A DNA stretch of 56,162 nt, the filler included, from Sphacelaria rigidula (taxonomy: Eukaryota), in NCBI GenBank assembly GCA_964200075.2. It is 3 parts of 3 records of this genome, joined end to end, with 100 filler letters (N's around TTAATTAATTAA, not from the genome) between each part and the next. Parts side by side here need not be neighbours in the genome. Positions count along the whole stretch, not along the records: positions 1 to 18,658 come from CAXNAA020000817.1; 2 more parts are not named here. One strand, given 5' to 3'. A program made the translations under genes and the position numbers. Of this stretch, positions 1 to 11,800 are shown one piece after another; positions within the stretch are counted from its first letter, which is position 1; every line of letters begins with the position of its first letter. The notes beneath the pieces are model-generated. The model was given only the letters and a program-made list of their open reading frames with translations. It searched no databases and was not told the origin of the DNA.

Positions 1-31
1 TAGGTCGCTCGAAGACGTATTTTTTATTATT

Positions 32-86
32 CCACTAACACAGGGTCAACCCTGTGTTAGTGGGGGTCCGGTCCCAAAAGAGTTAA
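32..86. repeat. Perfect 15-bp hairpin next to a TTAA-flanked, piggyBac-like transposon end
   Basis: ccactaacacagggt-ca-accctgtgttagtgg followed by gtcccaaaagag|ttaa. The other end is not visible. Confidence 0.45.
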
Positions 87-290
87 ATCCGTTTCTGTGC
101 TGGCCCAGCTCGTATAGTAATAGTAGATTTTGTATGAGCGTCGTCGTCATTTCGAGTGACGCGTGTACTTGTTATCGATAGTGATTGGCTCATTCAGGTT
201 TCCTTTCTTTTACATTCAACTGACTGCGTAGTTGGTCGGTCCATTTTCCCAGGATATGGTGCCCAAAATCGGGCCCCATTCACGGGCATA

Positions 291-929
291 ACTGTACCCG
301 ATGCGGCACACCGCGCGCAAGGGAATATACGCGGCAACTCCAACCATGGCGTCCACACATTTGGCTCTCTTCCCGCCGCTCAGCCGTTCACGAACGCCAC
401 AACGACCACACCCTCTTCTCCCTGGTAAGGTTCCCGGTCTCTCCGCATCGACACAAGAACTGGACTTACAAATCACATCGCTTCGGTCTTTTGCCCTTGC
501 GGTGGGTTACGTAACATCGCGCCGTTGCGATCTGTGGCAGGTGTCATGTTCCTTCTGGGACCTTTTCCCCCCACAATCGTATGTTGATGGCGCGTGTTCA
601 TTCTTTGTATCATTTTCAAGTAAAAATGATGCCGATTCACACCTTTTTGTGAAATGGCATCATTTTGACTTGATCCAAAACTAATGGACACCTACCTGCC
701 ACCAACACACAATTATCGTGGAGGACAAGTGGGGAAAGTGCCACATACGGTTGTGGGGAGTCCGGTCCCCCAATAGCTTCAATGGTTGTGGCGTTTGGTT
801 TGGTAACATCTGGTCGTTGTGGCATTCGTGAAAGGCGAATGGGCGGGAAAAGAGCCGAATGCGTGGACGCCATCGTTGGAGTTGTCGCGTAGATTCCCTT
901 GCGCGCAGTGTGCCGCATCAGGTACAGTG
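291..929. repeat. Inverted repeat pair (about 291-407 and 811-929)
   Basis: The ORFs at 301(+) and 918(-) translate to near-identical MRHTARKGIYA.TPTMASTH peptides because the DNA is an inverted duplicate. Confidence 0.85.
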
Positions 930-2159
930 CGGGAAGTGATGGCCCAGGACAGGTACTTACTTTCTGGGCCGACTGGTGGCCCAGATAAGGTACGATTGAA
1001 AAATAATTCCTAGATCAGATATACCTGGCCGAAATGTGGCCCAGAAAGGGGAAGTAGTTTCTGGAGGCGACACGTTCTTCTGCGCATGACCATATATCGC
1101 GGGTAACATGTTTCTCTCTGGATTGTTTTCGATGCCCGGGTGCCAAGGAACCCCCCGATTGCTGTGCATGGAAAATTCGGAGTGAAATCGGTGTAGATGG
1201 TGTGTTTTGCTGTTTTCGCGTTTCTGGTCATAGTTTGTACCTCTCTTGGGCAAAATACGATAAGGTATACATTTTCTAGGTCATTGCCCTTATTTTACCC
1301 ATGTAATCTACAGTTGAATTGCCATGACCAAAATGAAATATGCCAGCAGACGGCGAAGTAGTCCACCTGCAGGGGAAGTACATGCTCATTTTGACGACCG
1401 TGATTAGTCAGAATGGTCATTCCGCGCCTCTCGGGCCTCGTTCCTGGATCAGAATCTCCCGCGGGAAACTTCCATGGTCACATGGTTGACTCGATGAGCT
1501 TTTCGGCCGCTCTGCGGACAGATCCCCCCTCCCCGTAAAAAACTACCACCCTCCCGGCCACTGCCTCCGGACAGTCAACCTATGAAACTGTTCCGAGGCG
1601 ACGCTCGCTATCCAAGGGTTAATCTCGCGTCAAAAATAGTCCATTATGGGTTTTCTTGTTGAAATGTTTGAGCTTTTTTCTCTTCAGGCTTGCCTTAAGG
1701 CAGAAATACCCAGTACGGGTACAGAGCTCCAGACAGGTCAGCCAGCCAGGAATACAGCACGGTAAATTGTTTTCTTATCGTAGCATATGTTTTTCATGTG
1801 CGTTGGCCACGATTTCATCGCCCGCCATGCGTGCTAAGCGCGTTGTAGCAGCTCCATAGCTCCATAGCGGACATTGCGTCTGTATAGAAAATTCATGATA
1901 ATGGATGATGACCAAACAGAACCGACATGCCATGTTGTTTGGTTTTGAAGTCCGCGTGGAACGTCAGTTCATGGAGCAAACCAGGTATTGATTGACAGCG
2001 GTACTCACGGGCTTCTCCTTCATACCCGTACCCTGGGTGCATTCCTAGTTGGTGCCAATAAAGGTCCCAGCAACTTGAAAAATAGCACGGTTCGGACGAA
2101 TTATCGCCGATTCGAACCACCAAGTCCACGATTTCTTAGACCTGATTGCTCGAAAGAGA

Positions 2160-2350
2160 AAAAAAAAGCCGACCGCTGCTCAAGAAGGTCTCCACGTAAT
2201 TTCTGCAGCATTCCACGTGCCTGAGCTGCGCGTACCTGGGTTGCAACGCTGAAAACAAAGTCTAAGGGTTGTTTCGTACGGTACGAATCGAGTAGAGTAT
2301 AATCAAGTAAGTTCTGGACGAATTATTGATTCGTCGGACCCTTGATAAGT
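2160..2350. repeat. Dispersed repeat; inverted copy at about 18460-18658
   Basis: cattccacgtg.ctg.gctgcg.gtacc.gggtt.caacgc.gaaaacaaag matches the reverse complement of 18550-18603. Confidence 0.75.
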
Positions 2351-4620
2351 AGTGTTCTGATACATGCTGTACGTGTTTTATGAAGCCCTCGACTCACTGG
2401 CGAGAACTTTTTCGATTCAAGTTTTCAAGTGTCCACACAAGAATTCCCCCAAAATAAAACCAAAAAGTCTGAACGTTGTGAGGTAGCTTAAGCCACTCCA
2501 GTGTGGAGAGCAACAGTGTGCTGCGACACCATTGTGCTGGTCCGCACTTGGGGGTGGTGAACACCAAAATGGCGACAAGGTTCGCCCTCTCCCCAACTCA
2601 TCCCATTCTGATTCAAACTGTAGACTCTTGAAGACTATTATTTACCTGAGGGACACGATGCTGGGTGCGGTGGTGTGTGCTGATAGGATGGGGGTCGAGC
2701 GTGCACTTTCTAGATCCGAAACCGGTGACATTTGCCACTCACTAACCATGAAGATATCACGTAGGAAAAAAAAAACGAGTCCCTCCAGTACTGTTGTACC
2801 ATTGTGAATTGTAATTAATGGCCATGCTGTAATTTACTGCCGTTGTCTACCACTGTTGTCTGTACTGTCGATATTTAGTAGACTTTACTGCACCACGAGT
2901 ATTGTACCATCTATTGATGTAGAAGAGATAGCGCCTCGGCGGTCGAAATTGTGCCTGTTCAATTCAAAATTGAGGTCGGCGCGTCACCCATGCGAGTACT
3001 CAAACATCAAAAGAGTGTAGAAATCGAATCTTCACTCTCCAGTCCAAAACAGTATACAGAAATCACACCTGCACTTCGATGGTTTTGGGAAAACGCTCAA
3101 CCGACGATAAATCCGTGGGTTTCCCCGGCACTCCTCCACCGCGGACTTCGCCCTTGGCAGCCGTTGCTCCCTTGCTCGCTACGCCAATAGCAGGGTCGTC
3201 TGACGCATGGTATTTTCGTCCCCGACTACTACCCCAACCGCCACGTATCCGTACAAGACTGCTCTCCACACTAACGATTCTAGAGTGAAATCGACCTCCA
3301 GAGCTTGATCCCCCACACCGCCAGCCGCCACCACCTCTGCTGCAACGTCCAGACGTTCCAGACGGTCGTGGTCTCGCGACACGTGGTCGGGTAAGTAGAG
3401 CGCCACAATTTTCGGGAGTATTGGCGAGCAAGGTGAGGGCACAGATTAGATACCTTGGCACACACCACAAGCGAGTCCGAGATTTTGAACTCTTGGACAT
3501 CATACACACACCACCACCAATGAGGTAACTGAATCGTTGCAGCACTGCACTGGGTAGCTGCTACAGACAGGTACCACTGTTATGTACACAAAATCGATTG
3601 TGGGCACAAGCGGCTCGATTTCGCCACCTGCACAGTGGGTCATGTTCCATATTACCATATCTTTAGATATTACTATTTTTATTTTATTTTATTTTGGGCT
3701 TTTTTGTGAACTCTGCTGTGTCTGGCGCCGTTGTACTGTCCTGCAGTGACGGATTGAGAGCGATGTGGATAACGGTCACTTGACGTGTAAACTATCAGGA
3801 GATGCAAAGGCGGGTTGTGACGATGCGACCGCGCGATGGTGAACGCAGCTGGGAAAAGCTTGGATTCGACGAGGTCCGCTTGCCCGTTGATCCCAACGGT
3901 TGTAAATAAAATATTTACGCCGAAGCCATGAAGGCAAATTTCGAGCGGACCAGACTAGAGCTACACCATCAGCTATAGACAGAGTGCTGCAACATGGTTG
4001 CATTCCTTAATTGATCTCGTGCACTTGTTCACCTTTATACTCGAATTGATGACGTACAATGCTAGTGTGCGTCTCTACACGCTCGCTGTCCCCACAACAA
4101 AAGCATGTTGAAATGCGGACACCACAAGCATTTTACTCAAGTTCGCTGGCAGTATCCATTTCATTCCTAGCCTTTGTATTTAAAAAAATGCCGCGGTCGC
4201 ATCGGGACATCGAATAACCACAACGGAGACGTCTACATTGATCAACGAGTACAAGTAGTTGGCGTTGCTGGTTCGCGTAAATAAGTATCGAGTCTACAAC
4301 GTACGTACGGTTTTCACGAGCAGGTGGTGCCTTCTCCGCCAACATCTCCACCACCAGGACGGAGTACGCGGAGCTTGGCGTCCTCGCAACATGACTTGAG
4401 TACTCGCATATATGCTCCCAAGACCACCCTACAGCCAGTGACAATAGCACCAGCAAGGTACCTCAAGCGTAGATTTCTAAGCATTCGTGAGCACGATGTG
4501 CAGCATATTCCGGGTACCGTTACAGTAGACGTGAGCAAGCTGTGCACTTGGGGTAGTGTACACAGTTTCATCTACACGTGCAAGTGAAAGGTATCCTTCA
4601 AGGAACCGTCCAATGCTTGT

Positions 4621-5043
4621 CACGGAACTCTGGGGCGGGGCGGGGCGGGGCGGGAACTCACTTTCCCCCGACAGGCACTGACGGGACGGGACTATTTGCC
4701 CGTCGCCAAAAGGACGATAGGATGGTACGGGAACGATTTCCCGTCGACGAAAAGTGACGGGACGGGGCGGGATGTTGGGGGGTCCAACGGGACGGGAATT
4801 CCCGTCGCGTCCTGTTGTAATGCGTGAGAGGACCGCGTGCTTAAGAGAACCGCGCCGTAATTCAAAACACCCCAGGATCGACGTTTTTCAAAGCCAATCG
4901 GGTCAGTCCCTGGAGGTACCACGCCCCTGACCATATCCCTAACCCTAACCCTAAACATAGGGATGCTCAAATTCCGATGCGGTCCTCTAAGCACGCGGTC
5001 CGCTCACGCATTGCACTGTTTCGTCCTCACGGGAACCTTCGTG
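4621..5043. mobile_element. GACGG/GGGCG-rich MITE remnant (CACG...CGTG ends) hosting the 200-bp MITE
   Basis: Repeated gacgg motifs on the left and ccgtc motifs on the right. Related motifs occur at about 6130-6185 and 6575-6850. Confidence 0.5.
4816..5015. mobile_element. 200-bp MITE with ~35-bp TIRs, CTGT target-site duplication and internal (CCCTAA)3
   Basis: ctgt|tgtaatgcgtgagaggaccgcgtgctta ... taagcacgcggtccgctcacgcattgca|ctgt. Confidence 0.8.
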
Positions 5044-5054
5044 TTATATTTTTC

Positions 5055-5611
5055 CAAGGTTGTGCTCTGTAGGGTACGGGTATGTTCTTTAGGGTATGGG
5101 ATATCTTACAGAACTTACAGGAATATCGGGTACCGGTATGAAAGTCTTACATAATTAAACAACTGTCGGGTACCGGCTTAAAAGTCTTACAGAAAGCACA
5201 GAACTTGTCGGGTACGGTACGGGAGGCTCACAGAAAAAACCGTACCGGCAATCGGGTACTTCTTCAAGGGCGTACCCGCGCTCCGGGTACGGGCATTCAT
5301 CATGTACAAAACTCACAGAACTGTCGGGTAGGGGTATGGGATGCGTACAAAATTCACAGAAACTGCCGGGCAGGGTATGGAGTCTGCACAGAAAACCGTG
5401 TCCGCAACCGGGTATCTTCTCAAGAGCATACCCGTGCCCCCGGTAAGGTACGGGAAGCTTACAGAACTCACAGAACTATCGGGTAAGAATACGGAAGTCT
5501 TACAGAGTTTACAGAACTGTCGGGTACCTGTATGAAAGTGTCGGGTATGCTAAATACTCGGCAAAATACCCCGGGTATACAGAAAATCGTACCCTACAGA
5601 ACACAACCTTG
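5055..5611. mobile_element. hAT-type MITE with 24-bp TIRs and an 8-bp target-site duplication
   Basis: tatttttc|caaggttgtgctctgtagggtacg ... cgtaccctacagaacacaaccttg|tattttcc, with internal ACAGAA and GGGTA(C) repeats. Confidence 0.85.
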
Positions 5612-5626
5612 TATTTTCCCGTCACA

Positions 5627-5845
5627 CAGCTGCCGGCGCCCCGGTGGTCCATGTACAATGGTATGGCTGCAGCCATTAGGTCGGAAGCATTTACGGGTTC
5701 AATTCCTGACAGACGGAGTTTTTCCTCCTCTGAGAAGTATCTAATTTCCTTCGTTAGAAACGTCAGGACGTACGCAGTAAGAAATGTGTGTTTGACGAGA
5801 GTCGACGCGTGGCGGAAGAACTGATCCACTCCGCGGTATCAATAT
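5627..5845 (+). mobile_element. Probable tRNA-derived SINE (family 2)
   Basis: B-box-like ggttcaattcc at about 5696. An inverted homologue at about 47980-48208 shares gcgccccggtg, aatggta.ggctg..ccattagg and gtgtg.ttgacgagagt.gac. Confidence 0.55.
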
Positions 5846-6129
5846 GTTAGGCGTGTGCCGGAAGAGAGATAGGGTGATTGATCCTCTGAGACCACGGACT
5901 CGTCCCGAGCAAGGAGAGGAGTTGAAAGTGTGATCCCCCTAAAAAGATCTTGTCCCATCCTGTCGCGTCCTTGACGAGAACATGTCTGTCATCTCCCCGA
6001 AGCAAACACGACAAGACCATAATTTTGTACAGCGATGCTTGCATACGTTCGCGAAGAAACAATCACCGGCTTTGGCGTGCAACATCCGACAACATCAGTG
6101 ATCATAAACTCACGTGGCTACTGGAAAAC

Positions 6130-6860
6130 AATCCCGCCCCGTCCCGTCCCGTGGCCTTCGGAGGGACGGAAATTCCCTTCCCGAATTCCGCTTCTTGATC
6201 GAAATATATGGTGTGTGGGCCTTCCCGCCATGATCACACCAGGGATCTCCGCGGCTCCCCACCACTCGCGATCCTTACTGTTCACAATTTCAAATTCCAT
6301 TTCCAACCCATCATTGTCATTTCGAATCCCGTATATTTTATTCAAGAAGCGGACATTGATAATCAAATCAGCGAGCGCTAACTGATTCGAAGGTCAAATG
6401 TCCGTTCCTTGAACGGGGGCCGGAGCGTGGAATCAAAATGATGGTCCTACATCTCATATGTGCAAGGATATATCCAACTTCCCGTCAGATTGGACGATGA
6501 TTCCTGGTTCATTAAGGAGAAGTCCCGTCCAATCTGACCGCCATTCTCGTAAAAAAAATGTCGAAAAATTTCCCTGAGGACGGAACGGGATGGGAACGTT
6601 TTCACCTCTGGTCGGAAAGGGGCAGGAACGTGTTTCCGGGGCGAAGAGACAACGGGACGTGATGTGAATGTGTTTCCATGCCGAAGGAACAACGAGGTGG
6701 GAAGGGAACGTTTTCCCGTCGCGAAAAAATGAGAGGACGGGATGAGACTGTCCCCGACACCAGAAAATTGATGTTACGGGAATGGAATGTGTTACCGTCT
6801 TCAAAACTACGACGAGACGGGACGATAATCCTTACCCTGTTCCGCCCCGTGCGATTTCCT
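6130..6860. repeat. CCGTC/GACGG subterminal-repeat element remnant
   Basis: Arrays of cccgt on the left and acggga on the right, in opposite orientation. Confidence 0.45.
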
Positions 6861-6978
6861 TTGAGATTGTTTCTCCCTGTCACGCCCTAGAAATTTCGAA
6901 TTTTCAACCTGGAGGTCTTCCTTACCCCTTCTCAAGAAGTACATGAACGCGCTTTTTTGCACGACCGTCTCGTCACAG

Positions 6979-7998
6979 TAGTCCTCGAAAGGGCAACCGC
7001 GGCCAGGGAGGCCCATCAACAAGTACCACCGCGGTACTTGGACGAGCTTTTGCGACTGGCGGTGGGGAGGCACTGCCAGCATCGCTTTCAGAATCCATCC
7101 TGACGTCGGGGAGGATGGCGCCTCGAATGAAGCTCGTGCGAAGAGCTAGTCGTGATCTATCTGCAGATTTCCAGGTGCCCAACGGCAGCAGTGAGTGTCT
7201 GCCAACAGAGTAAATGGAGGTGGGGAAAAGCACTCATATGTAAGTTTCATGAGCTCCTCGCACAAGCTCCCACACGGTATCATCGACTGCCTCCCCGAAG
7301 AGACTGTAATTTGAAGCGTGATTCGGGTTACTACTCCCGTACCAACCCCTTGCCCTGCACCGGGAAGGCTGATTACGTAGGGCTTGTCGCTTGCAGCAGT
7401 GCATACGCCGCCGAGCAACGGTCGAAGTTTGATGCCGGAATACTACACAAGTCATTAGCCCAAAGCTATGCACAGTTCAAACAAATTAGTGCCACAGCTG
7501 TAATAGATATTTCTCTAGCCATACTCTCCTCCATACTCTCCTCCTCCTAACCTGTGATTTTCGTCGTTCTTTTCGATTTTTACATCTGGCCGAAAACGTA
7601 CTCTTCACCAAAGGCTGCCGGTGGAGATCCAAGTCCCTCATTTCATTCCACGTCGGGATTTTCACTCGTGAGTACACCGCCAGGAGACTCAACATGGAAG
7701 TCCGTTCAGCATAACCCTGTGTTTCAGTAGATCGAGGCCCTCTACCGAGGTCCTTTCGTGTGTCGCGCGCAATTTGAGTTTGCAAACGCAAGGCTCGCTT
7801 GACCCTTAAAAGTGCGTGTGTATTTCGCATGATGAAATACAACGACTCTCCCTGTCCGAAGGGAAAGTCGCATCCTGAGACCGCTTCTGGACGGCAGTTG
7901 GGCGGAGCAGTTGGCAGTGGTCTTGTGGCTGCGCTACAAAAACGTGACAGACAATACACTGGCCGATCGGGGACGGAAGACGTTGGAATTACAGCGAG
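6979..7998 (+). CDS. Candidate further 5' exons of the dynein gene (6979-7190 and 7862-7998)
   Basis: Open frames bounded by cag|...|gtgagt and aag|...|gtgcgt directly upstream of the recognised exons. No conserved motif is visible, and the intervening exon structure is unresolved. Confidence 0.3.
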
Positions 7999-8357
7999 GT
8001 GCGTAGGCGCTGAGCGTTGCCCTAGCGTTCTAAATGTCCTACACCACAGATTCATAAGGCCGGTGTTCAGCATCCAACATTGGACCCATGTGTGTAGGAG
8101 ATGGCCGTCGACCCTCGTCTAGTGGAGGATCCACATGTCGTTCAGGGGCCGCTGCTCGCGAACAAGACATTGCGAAGCCTCGGATGCCTCCTTCAAAGTC
8201 GATTGTTTCACATACAACTTCGGAAACAGTGCACTGGATTTTAACGTTTCTTTGCAGACCGCAATACAGTAGGGCATCCAGGGCGGGCGACGACGTGGCA
8301 TCTAGTGCGAGAATCATGTGGGATAACTCGAGAGCTTCCGGATTCGGCAAGAGTTGG

Positions 8358-8487
8358 AATCAAGGTGATTGTGGCAAACACGTTTCTAAGATGCGCTGCT
8401 TCGGTTGACGGTTGTTGAAAAATCAAGGTGATTGTGGCAAACACGTTTCTAAGATGCGCTGCTTCGGTTGACGGTTGTTGAAAAATC
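8358..8487. repeat. Perfect tandem duplication, 63-bp period
   Basis: aatcaaggtgattgtggc...gttgttgaaa starts at 8358 and again at 8421. Confidence 0.9.
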
Positions 8488-8825
8488 CGAAGAATATCAC
8501 AGGTGACACATGCTTCTGCATCTTTGCGACAGTAAACCACGTTGCCTACGCGCGAAGACCTATGGCGATCATGCCAGGGTTGGGACTGTTGGAGTCGAGT
8601 GAGTCGAGTTTCTTGCATGGTGGAAGGCAACGATATTCTTGGAGCTTGTTCTCAAGTAGTCTTTTCGAACCCGTGCATTTCCTTTACACGATGTGGGAAT
8701 TTGAGTCGATATCGGTTGCGGCGATTCGTTCTCGGGTGGTCGCCGTGTGCCGACGTCTCCGCGGAACAGAAACGAGGGGCGGAAGAATCGCGGTTCCACA
8801 TGGCGGTTTCATTAAGAGCCTGCAG

Positions 8826-8882
8826 GCCAGTCCGTTGTGGAAGGATCCTTTCCGCAACCCTAACGTCTTCCTGTATCTGAAG
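8826..8882 (+). CDS. Dynein heavy chain exon (ASPLWKDPFRNPNVFLYLK); may start at an upstream acceptor at 8770
   Basis: Ends aag|gtgagg in phase 0 and joins the next exon as FLYLK-ADADNPYKL. Confidence 0.6.
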
Positions 8883-11800
8883 GTGAGGGTTTTTTATTCG
8901 CCTATCTGTACAAGGCAATGCACTCCCTGTCGCGGGATCAGATGCATAGCGATAGGACAAAGGTGTCCGCAGTTATCCTGTTGATCAGATTCATCTTAAG
9001 AAGGATTCTGAACAGTCGAAAAATCTAGTCTGTTGGTGACGTCATCCACCGCCACAAACTCACATATCGAGCGGGTACGTCTGGTCGTGGGTGGTGTTGT
9101 GAGGTTTTTGGAATCTTCTATCTGAGCGCATTTTCCCCCATTCTCTGTGCTTACAACTTCGGTTGGTATGTCAGCTAACGTCGCAAGGGGAATATTTAGA
9201 TGAGTGACGTGTTGCAATGTCAGTACCATGTGAATAGAATGCACACCTGACACGGCAGACTCTCAGGTATTCTATTTATGTTTTGCAGAAGTGCGGGCCG
9301 CCACACCCACTCGCCCCAGAGCAGTCGAGCAGTAGAGGGTGGCTTGATACAAATGATACTGTGTTGCTATCCACGACATTTTGAGGTGTACCGAGTATTA
9401 ATCAGGAATTTTGTTTTAACTTGCCGGCTTGCTCAGATGGTTCGACCCAGGCTCCCAATGGTTTTTAACCCTGTCGACCGTATCACGCTTAACCGATACC
9501 TGAAGAAGTGTTCTTGGTCGGAAATACGACCTTGTATGGCATACGAGCGATTTAGAGACACAAGGACACCTTTATTTACCACTCATCGAGAAAGCTCCGT
9601 TAAGTGCTCGGCTCCTAGCACTGGCTGTCAAGCAAAAATATACCAGAAATGACGAAAACTCCTTCCGCCCACTAAAAATCAGGGGAAAGAGGATAAGGGG
9701 GGCTATATCGCTACAACGAAAGTTCCGAGACTCCTTGCCTTACACGCAGTTCAGCCGGATCGATTATTTCCGTTTCAGCTTTTGTGTGACGATGGTTGTT
9801 GACTCGTGGCTGAATGCGTCGCTAATTTTTTCTTGGAACTCTTTTTTAGGCGGACGCAGACAACCCCTACAAACTCACTATCGTGGATTCCGTGGAATCT
9901 TGTTCTGATAAGTTCTACACGTTAAGCATGAACGGACTGGTGTTTTCGACAAAAGGGCGAACGGAATTCATCACAGTGGACCTCTTCGAGCGCCAGTACA
10001 TGTGAGCTGTCCCTTTTTGGTGGTGCGTCTATCACCGCCTGTATTTTGGTGACGGGCAAAGTGACGAACTCGTGGCCTTCGTAACGCCCGAGTCACTGTC
10101 CTCCTTTGTTGCGCGCCTTTTAGAGTCCGGTCGAAATGATTTTTTCGGCGACTGAGCGAGTTGCGAGACTGTCTGCCGTTCAACTAACCCCGTCGAGGAG
10201 TTGTCGTGTTTCGCCGAGAATGGGTTAAGGGGCGATGCTCAGCCTGACACGTTGAAGATCTTCTGGAAACTTGCGTATACAAAACAATCAAGCTCGTGAG
10301 ATCCCTGCGGCATTTGTTGCATGATTTTAGCTGACCTTGTCCTGACCGTCATGTCGGCCTTTGTAATCCATCCCCAAACTTTTGCGTCACTCTTGATACC
10401 CATCGGTCCACCAGGCAATACCATCGAATAGCAGTTCTACCCTTCTTCCGACAGTACCGTCAATGGAAATCCTTTTCGGAATGGAAGGGTTTCTTGCGGA
10501 TGCGCAAATGGGCCAAGTGCCGCGCAGTTTTGGAAGAGGATCTGTTTACCCTGCATCCGTGGCTGAGAATCGGTTAGTGTAATGTTTTCAGTCGTTATCC
10601 CTTTCCTGGTCGTCGGTGGCCGAAAAGTCCATCGCTGGACATCGATAAATGACCCGTCCATAGCTCCTTTTCTTGAATCACTGATTTACATGGATGTCCT
10701 GACGTCTACAGTATCATTTTCCCGTTTTTCCGTTGGCGTTTATTTCTCCATTTAACCGAGGGCAGGAATGCGGAGGTTAAAGGAACTATGCCACGAACTC
10801 AGCAAGCGCCGCGTCTTTAAGATGGACTCTGCAACGCAGGTGACGCCCTTTCGTGATGTCATTGATACTATCAGGACAAGCTAGCAGGAACACACAGATA
10901 TCAAATGCTTACGTCAATTCTCGATAATCCGAAAGATGAAGGTTATGCTTATTGACGAACGACTCGGACGTGCCTCCGTCTGCTCACCGGCCAGACTCTG
11001 GAAAGCTTCTGCGACGCGCAGGCTGCGCAGCGTTCTGGTCTTGATGTGGAGCTGCAGCAATTTTCGACTGCAGTGCACGAAACTGTCATGAAATCGTGTG
11101 AGGACACCCTGTATAACTTCTTGTCCAGCGCGGGCTTCAACATAAAGGTGGGACCAGCATAAGAGTTGTGTCACGACCCGCCGATGGTCGTTTTTTCGAA
11201 GTAAATGTCTCGTGCTTTTACCGGGGGAAGTTGTTTAGGACGTGCTCATCTAATTCGGTTGAGGTTCATCGCTTGTGGCGACGCTTGATTTCCTCGTCAG
11301 GCATCTACTCCAGAAGAAGCACGTGCACTGCTGATGAAGACGGTGGAGGAGGTGAACCCATCCGAGATATCGTTCACCGAACGCGCGGCGATGAGAACAC
11401 AATGTCGGAAACTTGCTAAGTTCATGCAGGTAGGTTGCTTCGTCGCGTAGGTGCTGTTTCATGTCTAGATTTGACGCATGTGAACGGTGCAAATACGGGT
11501 AAGATCCTGAAACTCCTTGAATTTCAAGTCGTGGATATGTTTCGATTTTTGTCGTTATAGAAGCGAGAAATCGCTGCAATACGCGACCCTGACCTGTCCT
11601 TCACATATGCTGGGTATATCGCGCAACACAGTGTGTGGTCTTCATCAAGTTTCCCGTTACAGAAAAAAATAAAAAAAACATTTTGCGAACACGTAGCCAG
11701 AGAGTGTGTATGACATATCGCCACGGAAGGACACACCGACACTACGGTACGTTGCACTCACTCACTCCACCCAGGTCGAAGCATAAATGATACGATGGGA

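Noticed and set aside
301..918. Two paralogous small genes (MRHTARKG..)
   Set aside because: Their similarity is confined to the DNA inverted repeat, and there is no splice structure or recognisable domain.
2545..3636. Transib-like element with CAC..GTG ends
   Set aside because: The match between cacttgggggtggtgaa and ttcgccacctgcacagtg is too degenerate, and no TSD or transposase was found.
4937..4956. Interstitial telomere or chromosome fusion site
   Set aside because: Only about three CCCTAA units, enclosed in a TIR/TSD-bounded MITE.
9437..9533. Possible extra dynein exon MVRPRLPMVF..
   Set aside because: Its donor phase is incompatible with the next exon, and 8882 splices directly to 9850 to give the expected motif.
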